In this document: positions 29,336 through 40,894 of the stretch, in pieces
Position numbering within the stretch: position 1 is the stretch's first letter
Layout of the letters: each line of letters opens with the position of its first letter
DNA from: a virus
Length of the DNA: 64,000 nucleotides
Strand: one strand, 5' to 3'
IMG/VR virus record: IMGVR_UViG_3300034524_000084
Span: 1-64,000 of that record
Program-made: the position numbers and the translations under genes
The notes under the pieces: model-generated
Database searches by the model: none
What the model saw: the letters and a program-made list of their open reading frames with translations, nothing else
What the model was told of the DNA's origin: nothing

Positions 29336-29752
29336 TTGTTATACCAGATTAAAAGGGAGGAGATTAATATGATTAAGAAAGTCGAAATTGAAAAAAGTAA
29401 AGAATATAATTTAGCTGGAGAACCAAGAGATATTATGTGGATTACTTTTGTTTGTGAAAATAATAGAAGGGTAAGTACTAGCTTGGATTTTGCGAATGCT
29501 TATCATTTATTAGATTGGAATGGGAATAATCCTGTAGAATTGTTGAGGGAAGTTTTGGAACTAAATAAGGAGTTGTATTTGTGGAGTAGTAGCAGGGCAG
29601 AATTAGAAAAATTATTAGAAGAAGTTGAACCTCATGAACTTGACATAAAATATGAGTGGTTAAAAAGAGAAGAACAAAAATTGTTAGAGCAGCTCAAAAA
29701 GATAAGAGACGAGATAGAAAATATTGAATTTATAAAAAGAGAGGGGATGTAA
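29336..29752 (+). CDS. Hypothetical protein
   Basis: The RBS points to a start at ATG ~29369. Confidence 0.7.
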   Translation: MLYQIKREEINMIKKVEIEKSKEYNLAGEPRDIMWITFVCENNRRVSTSLDFANAYHLLDWNGNNPVELLREVLELNKELYLWSSSRAELEKLLEEVEPHELDIKYEWLKREEQKLLEQLKKIRDEIENIEFIKREGM

Positions 29753-29754
29753 TT

Positions 29755-29994
29755 GTGAGTTATAAACATTTACCAAGTCAATTATTTTTGAATGAACACG
29801 AAGAAATATTAGCTTCTTTTGAATGGATGAAAGATGTGTTAGATGAATTTAAAAAAGCAATAAAGATAAGATATAATGATAACACAGCATATGTTAAAAT
29901 AAATAAGGGGTTAATTGAAGAATTATTAAAGAAAACAGATGTATTACAAGAAGTGCCAGATGATATAGATATTGTATTTGAGTGGGAAAGATAA
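29755..29994 (+). CDS. Hypothetical protein
   Basis: ORF in operon. Confidence 0.6.
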   Translation: MSYKHLPSQLFLNEHEEILASFEWMKDVLDEFKKAIKIRYNDNTAYVKINKGLIEELLKKTDVLQEVPDDIDIVFEWER

Positions 29995-30181
29995 AACAAA
30001 AGAAGAATAAATTGTGGTTTTGTCAAATAAAAATAATAAAAATTTATCAAAAAATATCTTGACAAACTAAGAAAATATGCTATAATATTTATCGAGGAGG
30101 TGATATGAGGCAGTAATAAAGTGGTAAACTTAAATGATAATAGTAAACAATATAAATAATGATTAAGGAGGAGATTGTACT

Positions 30182-30982
30182 GTGGCGGAACAAAGATTAT
30201 ATAAACATTTAGAAGAATTAGTTTATAATAATAATCCAACAATTATTTGTAATTGGGCTACAGGTTTAGGACGAACATATGGAGTTGCGCAAAAGATAAT
30301 AAAAAATAGACTATCAAATGTTTTATATGTGAGTTTTGATTCAAAAATAGACCATTTAGCAAATAAAATATCTGTAATAGTTAAAGACAAAGATTTCCCA
30401 GATAGAGATAATGTTTTTCTACGAATATCTAAAGAATATATAATTATTAAATATCGAGACAATGAGCATACAAAAACCCAAATTTTTAATGCTGAAACAT
30501 TGAGAAGCGGAGATTATGTTCCTGATTGTTTTGATTTAATAATCTTTGATGGGGTATTGCCTTTTAATATTGGTTATAAAGCAAAACAGATGGTATCAAT
30601 GATTAGTGTTAATAATTATGATAAAAAATTGCAAAGATTGTACCCAATGGCTGATATTATCGAGTATGATTATAGATATGGTGTCGAACAAGGTATTTTA
30701 GATGAAAACACAATTAAAAAAATAGAAGATGAATCTTATTATTATGATAAGTTTGCTATTTTAGATAAACCTGAAAGCAAATTAATAAATAATAATTATA
30801 ATGATAGATATCACGAAGTTGCTGATACTTATATAGTTACAGATCGAAACAAATTTTTGGTACAAACATTAGCAAAACTTTATACTGAATATGATGGAAT
30901 TTTCCCAAGTGAAGGGACATTATCGTATAGATTGACTTTGTTAAATATGATTTTTCGAATTAAAAAAGCTTTGGAAAGTTAA
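30182..30982 (+). CDS. Degenerate P-loop/SF2-like protein
   Basis: WATGLGRT and DLIIFD resemble Walker A and B; own promoter at 30059. Confidence 0.55.
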   Translation: MAEQRLYKHLEELVYNNNPTIICNWATGLGRTYGVAQKIIKNRLSNVLYVSFDSKIDHLANKISVIVKDKDFPDRDNVFLRISKEYIIIKYRDNEHTKTQIFNAETLRSGDYVPDCFDLIIFDGVLPFNIGYKAKQMVSMISVNNYDKKLQRLYPMADIIEYDYRYGVEQGILDENTIKKIEDESYYYDKFAILDKPESKLINNNYNDRYHEVADTYIVTDRNKFLVQTLAKLYTEYDGIFPSEGTLSYRLTLLNMIFRIKKALES

Positions 30983-31266
30983 GCTACAAATAATTCAATA
31001 AAAGAGTAGTTTTATTTAATAAGTGCAAATTATAATAATAATGGTATAGGAGGTGGTAGCGTGGTATTAACAAAACATCAAATAGAAACATTCTCTGTAG
31101 AAAAGACTACGCATCATGTACATGCAGAACCCAATGATTATTTTCTTGAAATATCAGACGAAAAAATACTTTCCTTAGTAAAAATTCGTATTAAAGATAC
31201 TGAAACTTATGTAAAAAAAGATGACTTAAAGATAATTTTAAATAATCTATAAGGAGGTAATTTTTA

Positions 31267-32244
31267 GTGGGAATTAAAAAAGCAAGTGCAGTAAGGAAAA
31301 AGCCGTTAAAAATTTTATTGTTTGGAGATGCAGGCACAGGCAAAACTCATTTTTCGCTTCAAGCAACTCCTGGCAAGACATTAGTGTTTGACACTGAAAA
31401 CGGTACGGATTTATTTGAAGGCAGGAAGGGATTTGAGTTTGATTACTGGGTAGACGATGAAGGAATGAAAACTGCAAGCATTAAAGAGCTTAATAAAGCT
31501 ATCGATTATTTAGAGACACCAGAAGGGCGTGAACAGTATGAAACATTTGTGGTAGATAATATATCGGATATTTGGGATAATATTCAAGCACAGAGGTTGG
31601 AATACAAAGATAATTTAGCGATAAAAAGAGGTAAAGCAATAGAGGATAGAAACGAAACAGAGATTGAAGCATTCAATATGAAAGATTGGGCAGACATGAA
31701 GAAAATTTATAAAAATATGATGTTAAGATTAAAAAATTTACCACAGAATATTATATTAATAGCAAGAGAAAAAGAAATATCAGAGACTAAACCAGATGGT
31801 AGCGTGGTTAAAACTGGTGAATACATATTTGATGCAGAAAAAGGGACAAAGTATGCTGTAGATTTTATAATTAGGTTAGTTTTTGACGAAAAAACCAACA
31901 AAAGATATGCAGTTATAATAAAAAGCAGAAGTGATGTATTAAAGAAAAATGAAGTGGTAGAAAATCCAACATTTGCCCTATTTGACAAGGTTGTTAATTC
32001 AATGAAAGATGGGGTAGAAGCTGATAGGTTAAGCACTAAAGAAGAAAACATTTTTGACGAAGAGGAAGAACTAAAAGATATTCTGCAAGAAATTCATGAA
32101 TTAGCAACTACTATAGCAAAAGTAAATAGAGAGACTGTAATAGAAGCCATTAAAAAACATCACAGCAGCGCTAACTATAACAGCATTAAAGACATAGAAG
32201 TAGCAAGAAAAGTTTTAGAAGAATTGCAAAGTATTAATATTTAG
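31267..32244 (+). CDS. AAA_24/Sak4-like recombination ATPase
   Basis: GDAGTGKT, FDTENG, VVDNIS, ILIAREK; directly upstream of ssb. Confidence 0.8.
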   Translation: MGIKKASAVRKKPLKILLFGDAGTGKTHFSLQATPGKTLVFDTENGTDLFEGRKGFEFDYWVDDEGMKTASIKELNKAIDYLETPEGREQYETFVVDNISDIWDNIQAQRLEYKDNLAIKRGKAIEDRNETEIEAFNMKDWADMKKIYKNMMLRLKNLPQNIILIAREKEISETKPDGSVVKTGEYIFDAEKGTKYAVDFIIRLVFDEKTNKRYAVIIKSRSDVLKKNEVVENPTFALFDKVVNSMKDGVEADRLSTKEENIFDEEEELKDILQEIHELATTIAKVNRETVIEAIKKHHSSANYNSIKDIEVARKVLEELQSINI

Positions 32245-32256
32245 GAGGTAATTTTA

Positions 32257-32667
32257 TTGAGTATAAGAAATCATGTAGTTTTGATAGGACGTACAACTAA
32301 AGAACCAATTTTAAAAAAATTGCCCTCTGGAACATCAGTTATAAATTTTACATTGGCAGTTAGTAGCAACAGAAAAGATGATAAAGGTAATTATCTTACT
32401 GATTTTATACCTGTTGTAGCTTGGGGTAAAACAGCTGAATTTATAGATAAATATGTCTCCAAAGGAACTAAAATAGTTGTTATGGGGAGTTTACAAACAA
32501 GAAGTTGGGTTGACCAATCGGGAGCCAAGCATTTTGCAATGGAGGTTTTAGCTGACAATATAGAGTTTGCAGATGGAAAAAAGGATAATAATCCTAAGAA
32601 TAATGTAAATAATAATGATTTTGGTGATTATCCTTTTACTTCTGATGGAGAGGATTTGCCATTTTAA
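32257..32667 (+). CDS. ssb: Single-stranded DNA-binding protein
   Basis: NHVVLIGRTT, FTLAV, DFIPVVAWGKTAE, C-terminal DLPF. Confidence 0.95.
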   Translation: MSIRNHVVLIGRTTKEPILKKLPSGTSVINFTLAVSSNRKDDKGNYLTDFIPVVAWGKTAEFIDKYVSKGTKIVVMGSLQTRSWVDQSGAKHFAMEVLADNIEFADGKKDNNPKNNVNNNDFGDYPFTSDGEDLPF

Positions 32668-33005
32668 GATTAGGATAGGGGGTAATACCCCTATCTCAAA
32701 ATAAAAATTTAAGGAGGAGGAATAATGGTTATTAAAGATGATTCATTAGAAAAAGAGTTAATGCAAGAAGTGCGGAAAATTATACTCGAATCATTGAAGG
32801 ACTCTTATGTTATAGAATACACACAAGGCAATATAAGAAGTTTAGAAGAAGTTTTTGAAATAAAACAAAAGCAGGTAAAAGAATTACAAGGATTAGTGCG
32901 TAAGCTGACTGATGAAAACAATAAACTTATGCAGCAAATTAAGGAGTTGCGAGAAAAAATCGATGCATATAAAAATATTATAAGAATTCTTATAGGAAAT
33001 GATAA

Positions 33006-33329
33006 TTGAAAGGAGAAGTATTGATGAGCAAGGGAATAAAACTAAAAAATGCATGGGGATTGATTGATGAATTAGCTGATGAGTTCACACAAAGAAAATT
33101 TGAGTTAGACGATATTTTATATGATATTTCTGTTAAAATTTTTGAGTATAGAATAAACAATGATTTAACTGTAGAACAGCTTGCTGAAAAGTTAGGAATT
33201 ACTCCAGAGCAAATAAAAGATTTAGAAAGTGGATTATATGATTTTAGCATTAGTGAGTTGTGGTGGATAGCTAAAAAACTTAGGTGGAACTTAGAAATAA
33301 AGTTTTTAGATAGTTGGATAGAGCTGTAA
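33006..33329 (+). CDS. XRE-family HTH protein
   Basis: RINNDLTVEQLAEKLGIT...LESG. Confidence 0.8.
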   Translation: MKGEVLMSKGIKLKNAWGLIDELADEFTQRKFELDDILYDISVKIFEYRINNDLTVEQLAEKLGITPEQIKDLESGLYDFSISELWWIAKKLRWNLEIKFLDSWIEL

Positions 33330-33640
33330 TTTTTGGAGGGGTAGTGATGTTAAATCTAATACAAGCAATAAAAGAAATACAAGAAAAGATAGATAAATTG
33401 ATTGACGAAAAAGAAGAAAAAATTAAAGAAATTACCCAAAAATATGAAGAAGAAATACAGAAATATAATAATGCTTTATCAATTATTCGAGAATTAAATG
33501 AGGCTTGTGAATATTGCGAAGGGGTAGGGAAGGTTTATGTAAAAGATGATTCTTCAGATCCTTATAATCGAGCTGAGTTAATGGATTGTCCAGTTTGTTT
33601 GGGGACAGGTAAAAAGTCACTAAAAATAATGGAGGAATAA
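33314..33640 (+). CDS. Coiled-coil protein with DnaJ-like zinc finger
   Basis: CEYCEGVG...CPVCLGTG. Confidence 0.65.
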   Translation: MDRAVIFGGVVMLNLIQAIKEIQEKIDKLIDEKEEKIKEITQKYEEEIQKYNNALSIIRELNEACEYCEGVGKVYVKDDSSDPYNRAELMDCPVCLGTGKKSLKIMEE

Positions 33641-33642
33641 AT

Positions 33643-33891
33643 ATGGACAAAAGTCAATTAAGGAGGATTTTATATCAGAAAGGTTGTACTACTGATGAAG
33701 TAGAATCAATAATAAAATCAGTGTTACCTGAAGCAATATTAATGCAAGTAGAATTTGTAACTGGTATTGTGTGGCAATGTTCAAATTGTCATAGAACTTT
33801 TGTGTTATCTAATCCACAATTGGAGGGTTATAATTATTGCCCTGTTTGTGGTGCACGGTTTGTAGAATATGCCTACTTGGAGGATGAGTAA
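33643..33891 (+). CDS. Zinc-ribbon protein
   Basis: CSNC...YCPVCGA. Confidence 0.7.
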   Translation: MDKSQLRRILYQKGCTTDEVESIIKSVLPEAILMQVEFVTGIVWQCSNCHRTFVLSNPQLEGYNYCPVCGARFVEYAYLEDE

Positions 33892-34382
33892 TGATGCGTG
33901 AAATAAAATTCCGTGTACGGGATAAAAAAAATAAAAAGATGTATTGTGGGTTTGAACTGGACGACAAATATGAATTCGACAGACCCAATTTGATAGACTT
34001 TAATGGAGAACTATATGCATCAGGTAATATTGGAGATGGTTTTGGAAGTCAATATATAAATTATTGCAATCAGGAAGATTTTGTGCTGATGCAATACACA
34101 GGATTAAAAGACAAAAACGGAAAAGAAATTTATGAAGGTGATATTGTACGAGTTATTACAGATAAGAAGGGTGTAATTGGGGAAGTTGTTTATATCCCAG
34201 AAGAAACCGCTTTTTGTGTGAAAGCCAAAGGGTTTGAAACATTCCCTTTAGGATTGTTAAGTAATTTTTTTGAGATTGAGGTATTAGGTAATATTTATGA
34301 AAATCCAGAGTTATTGGAGGAGGGAGGAGGTATTCTATGCAAAACAAATTGCCATATGATACATCAGCCGAAGCAGGTATAA
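33891..34382 (+). CDS. YopX family protein
   Basis: REIKFR, LMQYTGLKDKNGKEIYEGDIV, EVLGNIYENPELL. Confidence 0.92.
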   Translation: MMREIKFRVRDKKNKKMYCGFELDDKYEFDRPNLIDFNGELYASGNIGDGFGSQYINYCNQEDFVLMQYTGLKDKNGKEIYEGDIVRVITDKKGVIGEVVYIPEETAFCVKAKGFETFPLGLLSNFFEIEVLGNIYENPELLEEGGGILCKTNCHMIHQPKQV

Positions 34383-35677
34383 TAGCAACACTTTTGCAAC
34401 ATCCTGATTTTATTTTACATAGTGATTATTTGTCTGCATCGCATTTTTACCATAAAGACAATGGGGCCTTTTATTGGGCTATTCAGGAATTATACAAAAG
34501 TGGTGTAACTAAGATAGACTCGTTTAATTTACTTACACAGATTAATAGTCATAATGGAATTAAAAATTTAATAAGCAGGTATAATATTGAGTCAATAGAT
34601 GACTATATAGAAAAATCAAAAAATATTGCGAGACATACAGTAGAAGAATATAAAAAATTAGTAGAAATAGTTGTAGCATTAGCTTTTAAAAGAGAACTCC
34701 ATAAAAAGTTAATGGAAATTGATGATGTGTGTTTAGATGAAAATAATAATGATATTGCAAAATTAAGTAATTTTGCATACAATTCTTTAGATGAAGTTAT
34801 TACTCAATTTATTACTGCGGAAACAATTGTGCTTTTTGGTGATATAGTAGATGAATTATGGAAAGAAATTGTAGAAAGGAGAAATCCTAACGGTATGTAT
34901 GGAATACCATCGAAATATTCATCAATAAATAAGTATTTTACTTATGAGCCTGGTGAATTAGCTTTATTCCAAGCAAGAATGAAGCGTGGCAAGTCTGCGT
35001 TTATGATGAATGAAGCTATACATAAATTACAAAATGGAATACCAGTTGCTTATTTTGATACTGAAATGCAGTCGAGATTATTTTTTGAGAGAATGTTAGC
35101 TTATCTTACTAAAATCCCAGTGCAAAAAATTAAATCAGGCAATTATACTACAAGTGAGGAGCAACAAATAGAAGAAGCTAAAAAATGGTTAAAGAAACAA
35201 AAATTTGTACATATATATAACCCTGAATGGACAAATGATAAAATTCTTATTACTGCAAAAATTCTTAAACATAAAATCAATTTAGGATTTTTGGTATTTG
35301 ATTATATAAAAAGCAACACTAAATCTTCAAGTGAACAATATAATGAATTAGGGGCAAAAGCTGATTTTTTAAAAAATAATGTAGCAGGCGCTCTTAATAT
35401 TCCTGTGTTAGCGGGAGCACAACTAAACAGACAAGGACAAACAGCAGATAGTGATAAATTAGAAAGATATTGTAGTGTAAGTATAATTTGGCGAGAAAAA
35501 ACAAAAGATGAAATACTTACAGATGGAGAAAATTGTGGCAACTATGCCTTAAACGTAAAATTAAATAGATTAGGTGAACAAATGCAAGAAGATGACTACA
35601 TAGATTTCAGGTTTGATGGTAGTATAATGACTATCGAGGAGGCAGAGCAACATTCTAAAGAATTGCCTTTCAACTGA
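34337..35677 (+). CDS. dnaB: Replicative DNA helicase
   Basis: ARMKRGKS Walker A variant, FDTEM, VFDYIK, AQLNR. Confidence 0.9.
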   Translation: MQNKLPYDTSAEAGIIATLLQHPDFILHSDYLSASHFYHKDNGAFYWAIQELYKSGVTKIDSFNLLTQINSHNGIKNLISRYNIESIDDYIEKSKNIARHTVEEYKKLVEIVVALAFKRELHKKLMEIDDVCLDENNNDIAKLSNFAYNSLDEVITQFITAETIVLFGDIVDELWKEIVERRNPNGMYGIPSKYSSINKYFTYEPGELALFQARMKRGKSAFMMNEAIHKLQNGIPVAYFDTEMQSRLFFERMLAYLTKIPVQKIKSGNYTTSEEQQIEEAKKWLKKQKFVHIYNPEWTNDKILITAKILKHKINLGFLVFDYIKSNTKSSSEQYNELGAKADFLKNNVAGALNIPVLAGAQLNRQGQTADSDKLERYCSVSIIWREKTKDEILTDGENCGNYALNVKLNRLGEQMQEDDYIDFRFDGSIMTIEEAEQHSKELPFN

Positions 35678-35682
35678 TTGGG

Positions 35683-36705
35683 GTGAGGCATTTGCAAGAG
35701 ATTGTGAGGCTAATCAAAGAAAGGTTGTTTAATAATCCTATTTTGATTAAAGGTATTTTAGAAAAATTAGGTTTTCATAAAATAAGAGAATTAAATAACG
35801 AAATAAGAGCAGCTTTACCTGATGGTAATAATTGGACAAGTACAGTAGTGAAACTTAATGAAAATCTTTCAACATATATATATTCAAGAAATGACTATGA
35901 TGGGGCAGATATTATATCATTAGTGCAATACATAAAAAAAATGAATTTTTGTCAAGCTATTGAATGGTTATGTTTAGAATTAGGTATAGATTATAATAAT
36001 AATGATATTGAAATAAAGCTTGAAAGTAGTTCATACAAGATTTTTAAAATGTTTGAAAAGAGGGGAGGTGAAAATATTATCCATGAAATATTAGACGAAG
36101 AAATATTAAAACAATATGAAGATAGGGTTATACAAGAATGGCTTGATGAAGGTATTTCTGAAGAAACACAGCGTAAATTTGAGGTTAAATTTGACTCTAA
36201 AACTAATAGAATAGTGTTCCCTATTAGGGATGAAAATGGTAATCTAATTAATATTAAAGGAAGAACTTGTTTCAGTAATTATAAGGAATTAGGTATACCT
36301 AAGTATATTTATTATTATAAGTTGGGTACTAATGATATATTGTATGGGTTGTATCAAAACAGAAATAGTATTCAAGATACATTAATAATTGTAGAAGGCG
36401 AAAAATCCGTTATGAAATTTGATAGTTTAGGAATCAACAATGTAGTAGCAGTTGGTACGCATACTATTAACAAATACCAATTAGATAAAATTTTAGCTTT
36501 AAAATGCAGAGAAGTAGTTATTGCGTTTGATAAGGATGTACAATATAAAGAATTAATTGAAGAAGCTAAAAAGCTTAATAGGTACGTTAACGTAAGTATT
36601 ATATATGATACTAATAATTATTTAAATGAAAAAGATGCGCCAATCGATCAAGGAATTTTAGTATGGGAAGAATTGTTTGAGAGGAGAGTTAGAATTGGAA
36701 ATTAA
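35683..36705 (+). CDS. dnaG: DNA primase (TOPRIM)
   Basis: RIVFPIRD, KGRT, PKY, IVEGEKS, AFDKD. Confidence 0.88.
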   Translation: MRHLQEIVRLIKERLFNNPILIKGILEKLGFHKIRELNNEIRAALPDGNNWTSTVVKLNENLSTYIYSRNDYDGADIISLVQYIKKMNFCQAIEWLCLELGIDYNNNDIEIKLESSSYKIFKMFEKRGGENIIHEILDEEILKQYEDRVIQEWLDEGISEETQRKFEVKFDSKTNRIVFPIRDENGNLINIKGRTCFSNYKELGIPKYIYYYKLGTNDILYGLYQNRNSIQDTLIIVEGEKSVMKFDSLGINNVVAVGTHTINKYQLDKILALKCREVVIAFDKDVQYKELIEEAKKLNRYVNVSIIYDTNNYLNEKDAPIDQGILVWEELFERRVRIGN

Positions 36706-37462
36706 AGAAAAAATAGAACAAATGTGTTGGAGTTATTCTAGGTTAAATGCATATCATACTTGTCCTTATATGTTTTATCTTCAATACATAAAAGAATATC
36801 AAGGAATCCCATCGGCATTTGGCTTATTTGGAAGTTTTGTGCATTCAATTTTAGAAAAATATTTTAAAGGTGAATTACTTGTTTTTGAATTAAGTGAATA
36901 TTACAAAGAAAACTTTGATAAAGAAGTATATGTAGACTTTCCTCCTAATGCTTATGTAGATTTACGCCAGCGATATTTTGAAACTGGGTTGGATTTCTTT
37001 AATAATTTTAATGGATATGAGAACTTAAAAATTCTTGAGGTAGAACCTGAAGTCAACTTTAAAATAGCTAAATATTGTATGCGTGGGTTTATTGATTTAT
37101 TAGCACGAGACCAAGATAATAACTTGATAATTATCGATCATAAAACGAGGTCAGAATTTAAATCAAGGAAGGAATTAGATGAATATTTAAGACAATTGTA
37201 TTTGTATAGCATACCAATTGTTGAAAAATATAAAGAATACCCTAAAGAACTAATTCTTAACATGATAAAAGAAAAAAGAGATATAAAAGTAGAATATAAT
37301 ACTAAAAAATTAGAAGAGGCTAAAATGTGGGTAATTCATACAATTGATACGATAAAAAATGATAATGAATTTAAAGCCAAACCATCTCAGTTTTTCTGTG
37401 ATTACATATGTAGTGTTAGAGAGTATTGCCCTAATAGCAATAAGTATTTGGGGATAGCTTAG
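36677..37462 (+). CDS. PD-(D/E)xK RecB/Cas4-like nuclease
   Basis: WSYSRL..Y..CP, G..VH..LE, GFIDL, IIDHKT, QLYLY, C-terminal CxxxC...C. Confidence 0.88.
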   Translation: MRGELELEIKEKIEQMCWSYSRLNAYHTCPYMFYLQYIKEYQGIPSAFGLFGSFVHSILEKYFKGELLVFELSEYYKENFDKEVYVDFPPNAYVDLRQRYFETGLDFFNNFNGYENLKILEVEPEVNFKIAKYCMRGFIDLLARDQDNNLIIIDHKTRSEFKSRKELDEYLRQLYLYSIPIVEKYKEYPKELILNMIKEKRDIKVEYNTKKLEEAKMWVIHTIDTIKNDNEFKAKPSQFFCDYICSVREYCPNSNKYLGIA

Positions 37463-37474
37463 GGGGTATTTGAA

Positions 37475-40400
37475 ATGTTCGTGAGTTTGCATAATCACTC
37501 TATGTATTCTTTATTAGATGCTATTTCAAAACCAGACGAAATAATAGAAAAAGTTAAACAATTAGGGCAAAATGCATTTGCTATTACAGATCATGGAGTG
37601 GTTTATGGTGCAGTAGAATTTTATAAGTTAGCTAAAGAAAATGGACTCAAGTTTATTTATGGTGCTGAAATGTATATTTGTGATGATATTAATATAAGAG
37701 ATAAAAATAATAAATATTATCATCTTGTTGTGTTAGCAAAAAATGAAACGGGAAGGATAAACTTAAATAAGCTAATAAGCGCAAGCAATTTAAAGGGGAA
37801 GTACTACAAACCACGTATTGATTTTAATATTCTCAAACAACATAAAGAAGGATTAATAGTTTTAAGTGCTTGTATGGCGGGGGAAATACAAAGAGCAATA
37901 CAAGATAGTGATATAGTTTTAGCTAAAAAGATAGCATTAAAATATAAAAATGAATTCGGGAACGATTATTACTTAGAAATTCAAAGTCATCGAGACCCCG
38001 AACAACAAAGACTCAATAGAATTGTAGTTGATATAGCTAAAGAATTAGGTATACCTTATGTAGTTACTACTGATAGTCATTATGTTAATAAAGAAGACCA
38101 AGAATACCATAGTATATTTGTGTCAATAGGACGAGAAAGAGAACCAGGAGAAACATACAATGATTGTTATTGGCAGTCAGAGGAAGAAATATATAAAATT
38201 AATTTAGGAACACTCACAGAAGAAGAAATAGAAGTAGCAATAGAAAATACAGTTAAAATAGCTGAACAGTGTAATGTAGATATGCCTTTATCACCTCCAA
38301 TTATACCGCATGTGCAAATACCAAAAGAATTCAACTCTGAAATGGAATATTTAAAATATTTGTGTAAAAAAGGATGGGAAAAACGTGGTATAAGCAAACT
38401 ACCAAATGTGAAAGAGTATAAAGAAAGGTTGCTTTACGAATTAGATGCTGTCGAAAAAATGGATTTTGCAGGATATTTCTTACTTGTGAGAAGTTATACA
38501 AATCAACTCAAGAGAAAAGGAATAGCAAGAGGCAGCAGTGGTGGTTCACTAATAGCATATTTGTTGGGTATCGTTGATATTGACCCTATAAAATATGGTT
38601 TATATTTTGAAAGATTTATTGATACTTCTATATTACAAAAGATAGAAGAAGGTACTCTTAAACCAGAAGAATTAAAAGTACCTGATATAGATGTTGATAT
38701 GAGCCCAGCAGAAAGAGAAGAAGTTTTACGATTTATTATAAATACATACGGGCAAGAAAATGTGGTAAATATAGGAACATTCCAATATTTGAGGGCTAAA
38801 AACGCCATTAAAGATATTGGTAGAGTTTTAGGAATACCTTTTGAAATTACGAATAAAATTACTAAAAACCTTGATAAAGAGACTATAGAAGAAGCTCTTG
38901 AGATGGGGTTATTAGACGAATACAAAGAGCAATATGGTGAACTATTTAAATATGCGCAAAAATTAGCGGGGCTACCAAAAGCTTTATCTGTACATGCAAG
39001 TGGGAAAATTATTACTACCAAACCAGTAAACCATTATTTCCCTGTAACAACAAATGATGATGGTGAGGTAATAATACAATGTGATATGCATTCAGCAGAG
39101 GCATTAGGGTTAGTTAAAATTGATTTATTAGGGTTGCGTACTTTAGATGTAATATATGATGTTTTAGAGATGATAGGTAAAGATTATTCCTATATTGACC
39201 CACACAAGATTAATTTAGAAGATGATAATGTATTTAAGTTATTTAGAGATGGTAGAACTAATGGAGTGTTTCAGTTTGAATCCAACGGAATGAAAGATGT
39301 ATTAAAGAGAATGCAGGTATCAAGCTTAGATGATTTAGGTGTTGCTAATGCACTTTTTAGACCAGGAGCAAAGAAATATATTGACAACTATATCAACAGA
39401 AAATTTGGAGTAGAAAAATTTGAGTACTTACACCCTGACTTAGAACCAATTTTAAAAAATACGTATGGTATTATAGTATTCCAAGAACAATTAATTGAAA
39501 TAGGCAGATTAGCAGGATTGAGAAACCCAGACCTTTTAAGGAAGGCAACTGCTAAAAAAATACCAGAACTAATGGAGGTAATTGAACCCGAACTTAAAGA
39601 AGGGCTCAAGAAAAGAGGATGGACTCAAGAACAAGTTGACAAATTGTGGGATGATATAATTGACTTTGCACACTATTCATTTAATAAAGCTCATTCTTTT
39701 GCTTATGCTTTAACTGCTTACATTACAGCTTTCTTAAAGGTATATCACCCTAAAGAATTTATGTGTGCTCTATTGAATTCCTATGAAGGCAAAATAGATA
39801 AAATTGCTGAATCTTTAGAAGAATTAAGAAGGATGGAAATTCAAGTAGAAAAGTTTGATTATAAAAACTGTTATTCTTTATGTGAAATTAAAAATGGTAA
39901 ATTTTATTATGGAGTTGGGTTAATTAAACATTGTAATAGAGATATAGCTACTGAATTAAGAAAACTTAATAAACATTATGATAGTTTTATAGATTTGTTA
40001 GTTGATATAGTTAATGAAACATCAATTAATTCAAAACAAATGGAAACATTAATAGTATTAAATTTCTTTAGTGAGTTTGGTAACAATAAAAAGTTACTAA
40101 CGTTATGGAAAGAGTTTAAAGAAGGCAAAAACAAGTATAGTAAAAACTATGCTGAAAAAACCAAGGTTAAACGTGTGGAAGCATTAAAGAAAATAGAAAA
40201 AGAAATACTAAATGAGAAAATTTCCCTACATGAACAAATAATGTATGAGTACGAGTTTTTAGGTTATCCTATTTCAACTTATGATGTGCCCAAACAATAC
40301 TCTATAGTGCTTGAATTAGACAAAAAATATACTCCTAAAGTATTATTATACAATTTAAACACAGGTAAAACTGCTACAGTAAAAGTATCTCAAAAGTTAT

Positions 40401-40549
40401 TCAATCGCAATAAATTTAAGGTAGGTGATGTATTATATATTACAAAATTTATTAAAAAACCTCAGGTCAAATATGAAGATGGGCAATACATAGAAGTAAG
40501 GGGGGAATTTGATTGGTGGATTGAAAAATATGAGATAAAATCATTTTAA
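37475..40549 (+). CDS. dnaE: DNA polymerase III alpha subunit
   Basis: PHP domain (HNHS, TDHG, DSHY), RGSSGGSL, PDIDVD, KIDLLGL, YSFNKAHS. Confidence 0.96.
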   Translation: MFVSLHNHSMYSLLDAISKPDEIIEKVKQLGQNAFAITDHGVVYGAVEFYKLAKENGLKFIYGAEMYICDDINIRDKNNKYYHLVVLAKNETGRINLNKLISASNLKGKYYKPRIDFNILKQHKEGLIVLSACMAGEIQRAIQDSDIVLAKKIALKYKNEFGNDYYLEIQSHRDPEQQRLNRIVVDIAKELGIPYVVTTDSHYVNKEDQEYHSIFVSIGREREPGETYNDCYWQSEEEIYKINLGTLTEEEIEVAIENTVKIAEQCNVDMPLSPPIIPHVQIPKEFNSEMEYLKYLCKKGWEKRGISKLPNVKEYKERLLYELDAVEKMDFAGYFLLVRSYTNQLKRKGIARGSSGGSLIAYLLGIVDIDPIKYGLYFERFIDTSILQKIEEGTLKPEELKVPDIDVDMSPAEREEVLRFIINTYGQENVVNIGTFQYLRAKNAIKDIGRVLGIPFEITNKITKNLDKETIEEALEMGLLDEYKEQYGELFKYAQKLAGLPKALSVHASGKIITTKPVNHYFPVTTNDDGEVIIQCDMHSAEALGLVKIDLLGLRTLDVIYDVLEMIGKDYSYIDPHKINLEDDNVFKLFRDGRTNGVFQFESNGMKDVLKRMQVSSLDDLGVANALFRPGAKKYIDNYINRKFGVEKFEYLHPDLEPILKNTYGIIVFQEQLIEIGRLAGLRNPDLLRKATAKKIPELMEVIEPELKEGLKKRGWTQEQVDKLWDDIIDFAHYSFNKAHSFAYALTAYITAFLKVYHPKEFMCALLNSYEGKIDKIAESLEELRRMEIQVEKFDYKNCYSLCEIKNGKFYYGVGLIKHCNRDIATELRKLNKHYDSFIDLLVDIVNETSINSKQMETLIVLNFFSEFGNNKKLLTLWKEFKEGKNKYSKNYAEKTKVKRVEALKKIEKEILNEKISLHEQIMYEYEFLGYPISTYDVPKQYSIVLELDKKYTPKVLLYNLNTGKTATVKVSQKLFNRNKFKVGDVLYITKFIKKPQVKYEDGQYIEVRGEFDWWIEKYEIKSF

Positions 40550-40894
40550 GGGGGTAAAAGTGTGAGTAAGAAGTTGTGGAAATTATTATGGGGTATTTTA
40601 GTTGTATTAACTTTATATAATATGGTTGGTGTTGTTTTAGATATTGTATCAATCAGTAAGTTTGCTTATGAATTGGCATTAGCTTTATTGTTTATTTTTG
40701 AGGTGTTAATGTTTAATGCTGAAATTAAAATAAAATAAATTTGGGAGGATGATTTGTATGAAAAAATTCCAGACTATTGAAGAACTAAATGAATACATCA
40801 AAAAAGAGTATGCTTGTGAGAATATTGAAGATCTACTGAAAGACTATGAGAGAGTATTGGATATTTTAAGTAAAATAGCATATTTGGCTAACCA

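Noticed and set aside
36677-37462. Cas4-like nuclease as the adaptation module of the Cas12f array
   Set aside because: It sits between primase and dnaE, a usual place for phage RecB-like nucleases, 8 kb from the array, and there is no cas1/cas2.
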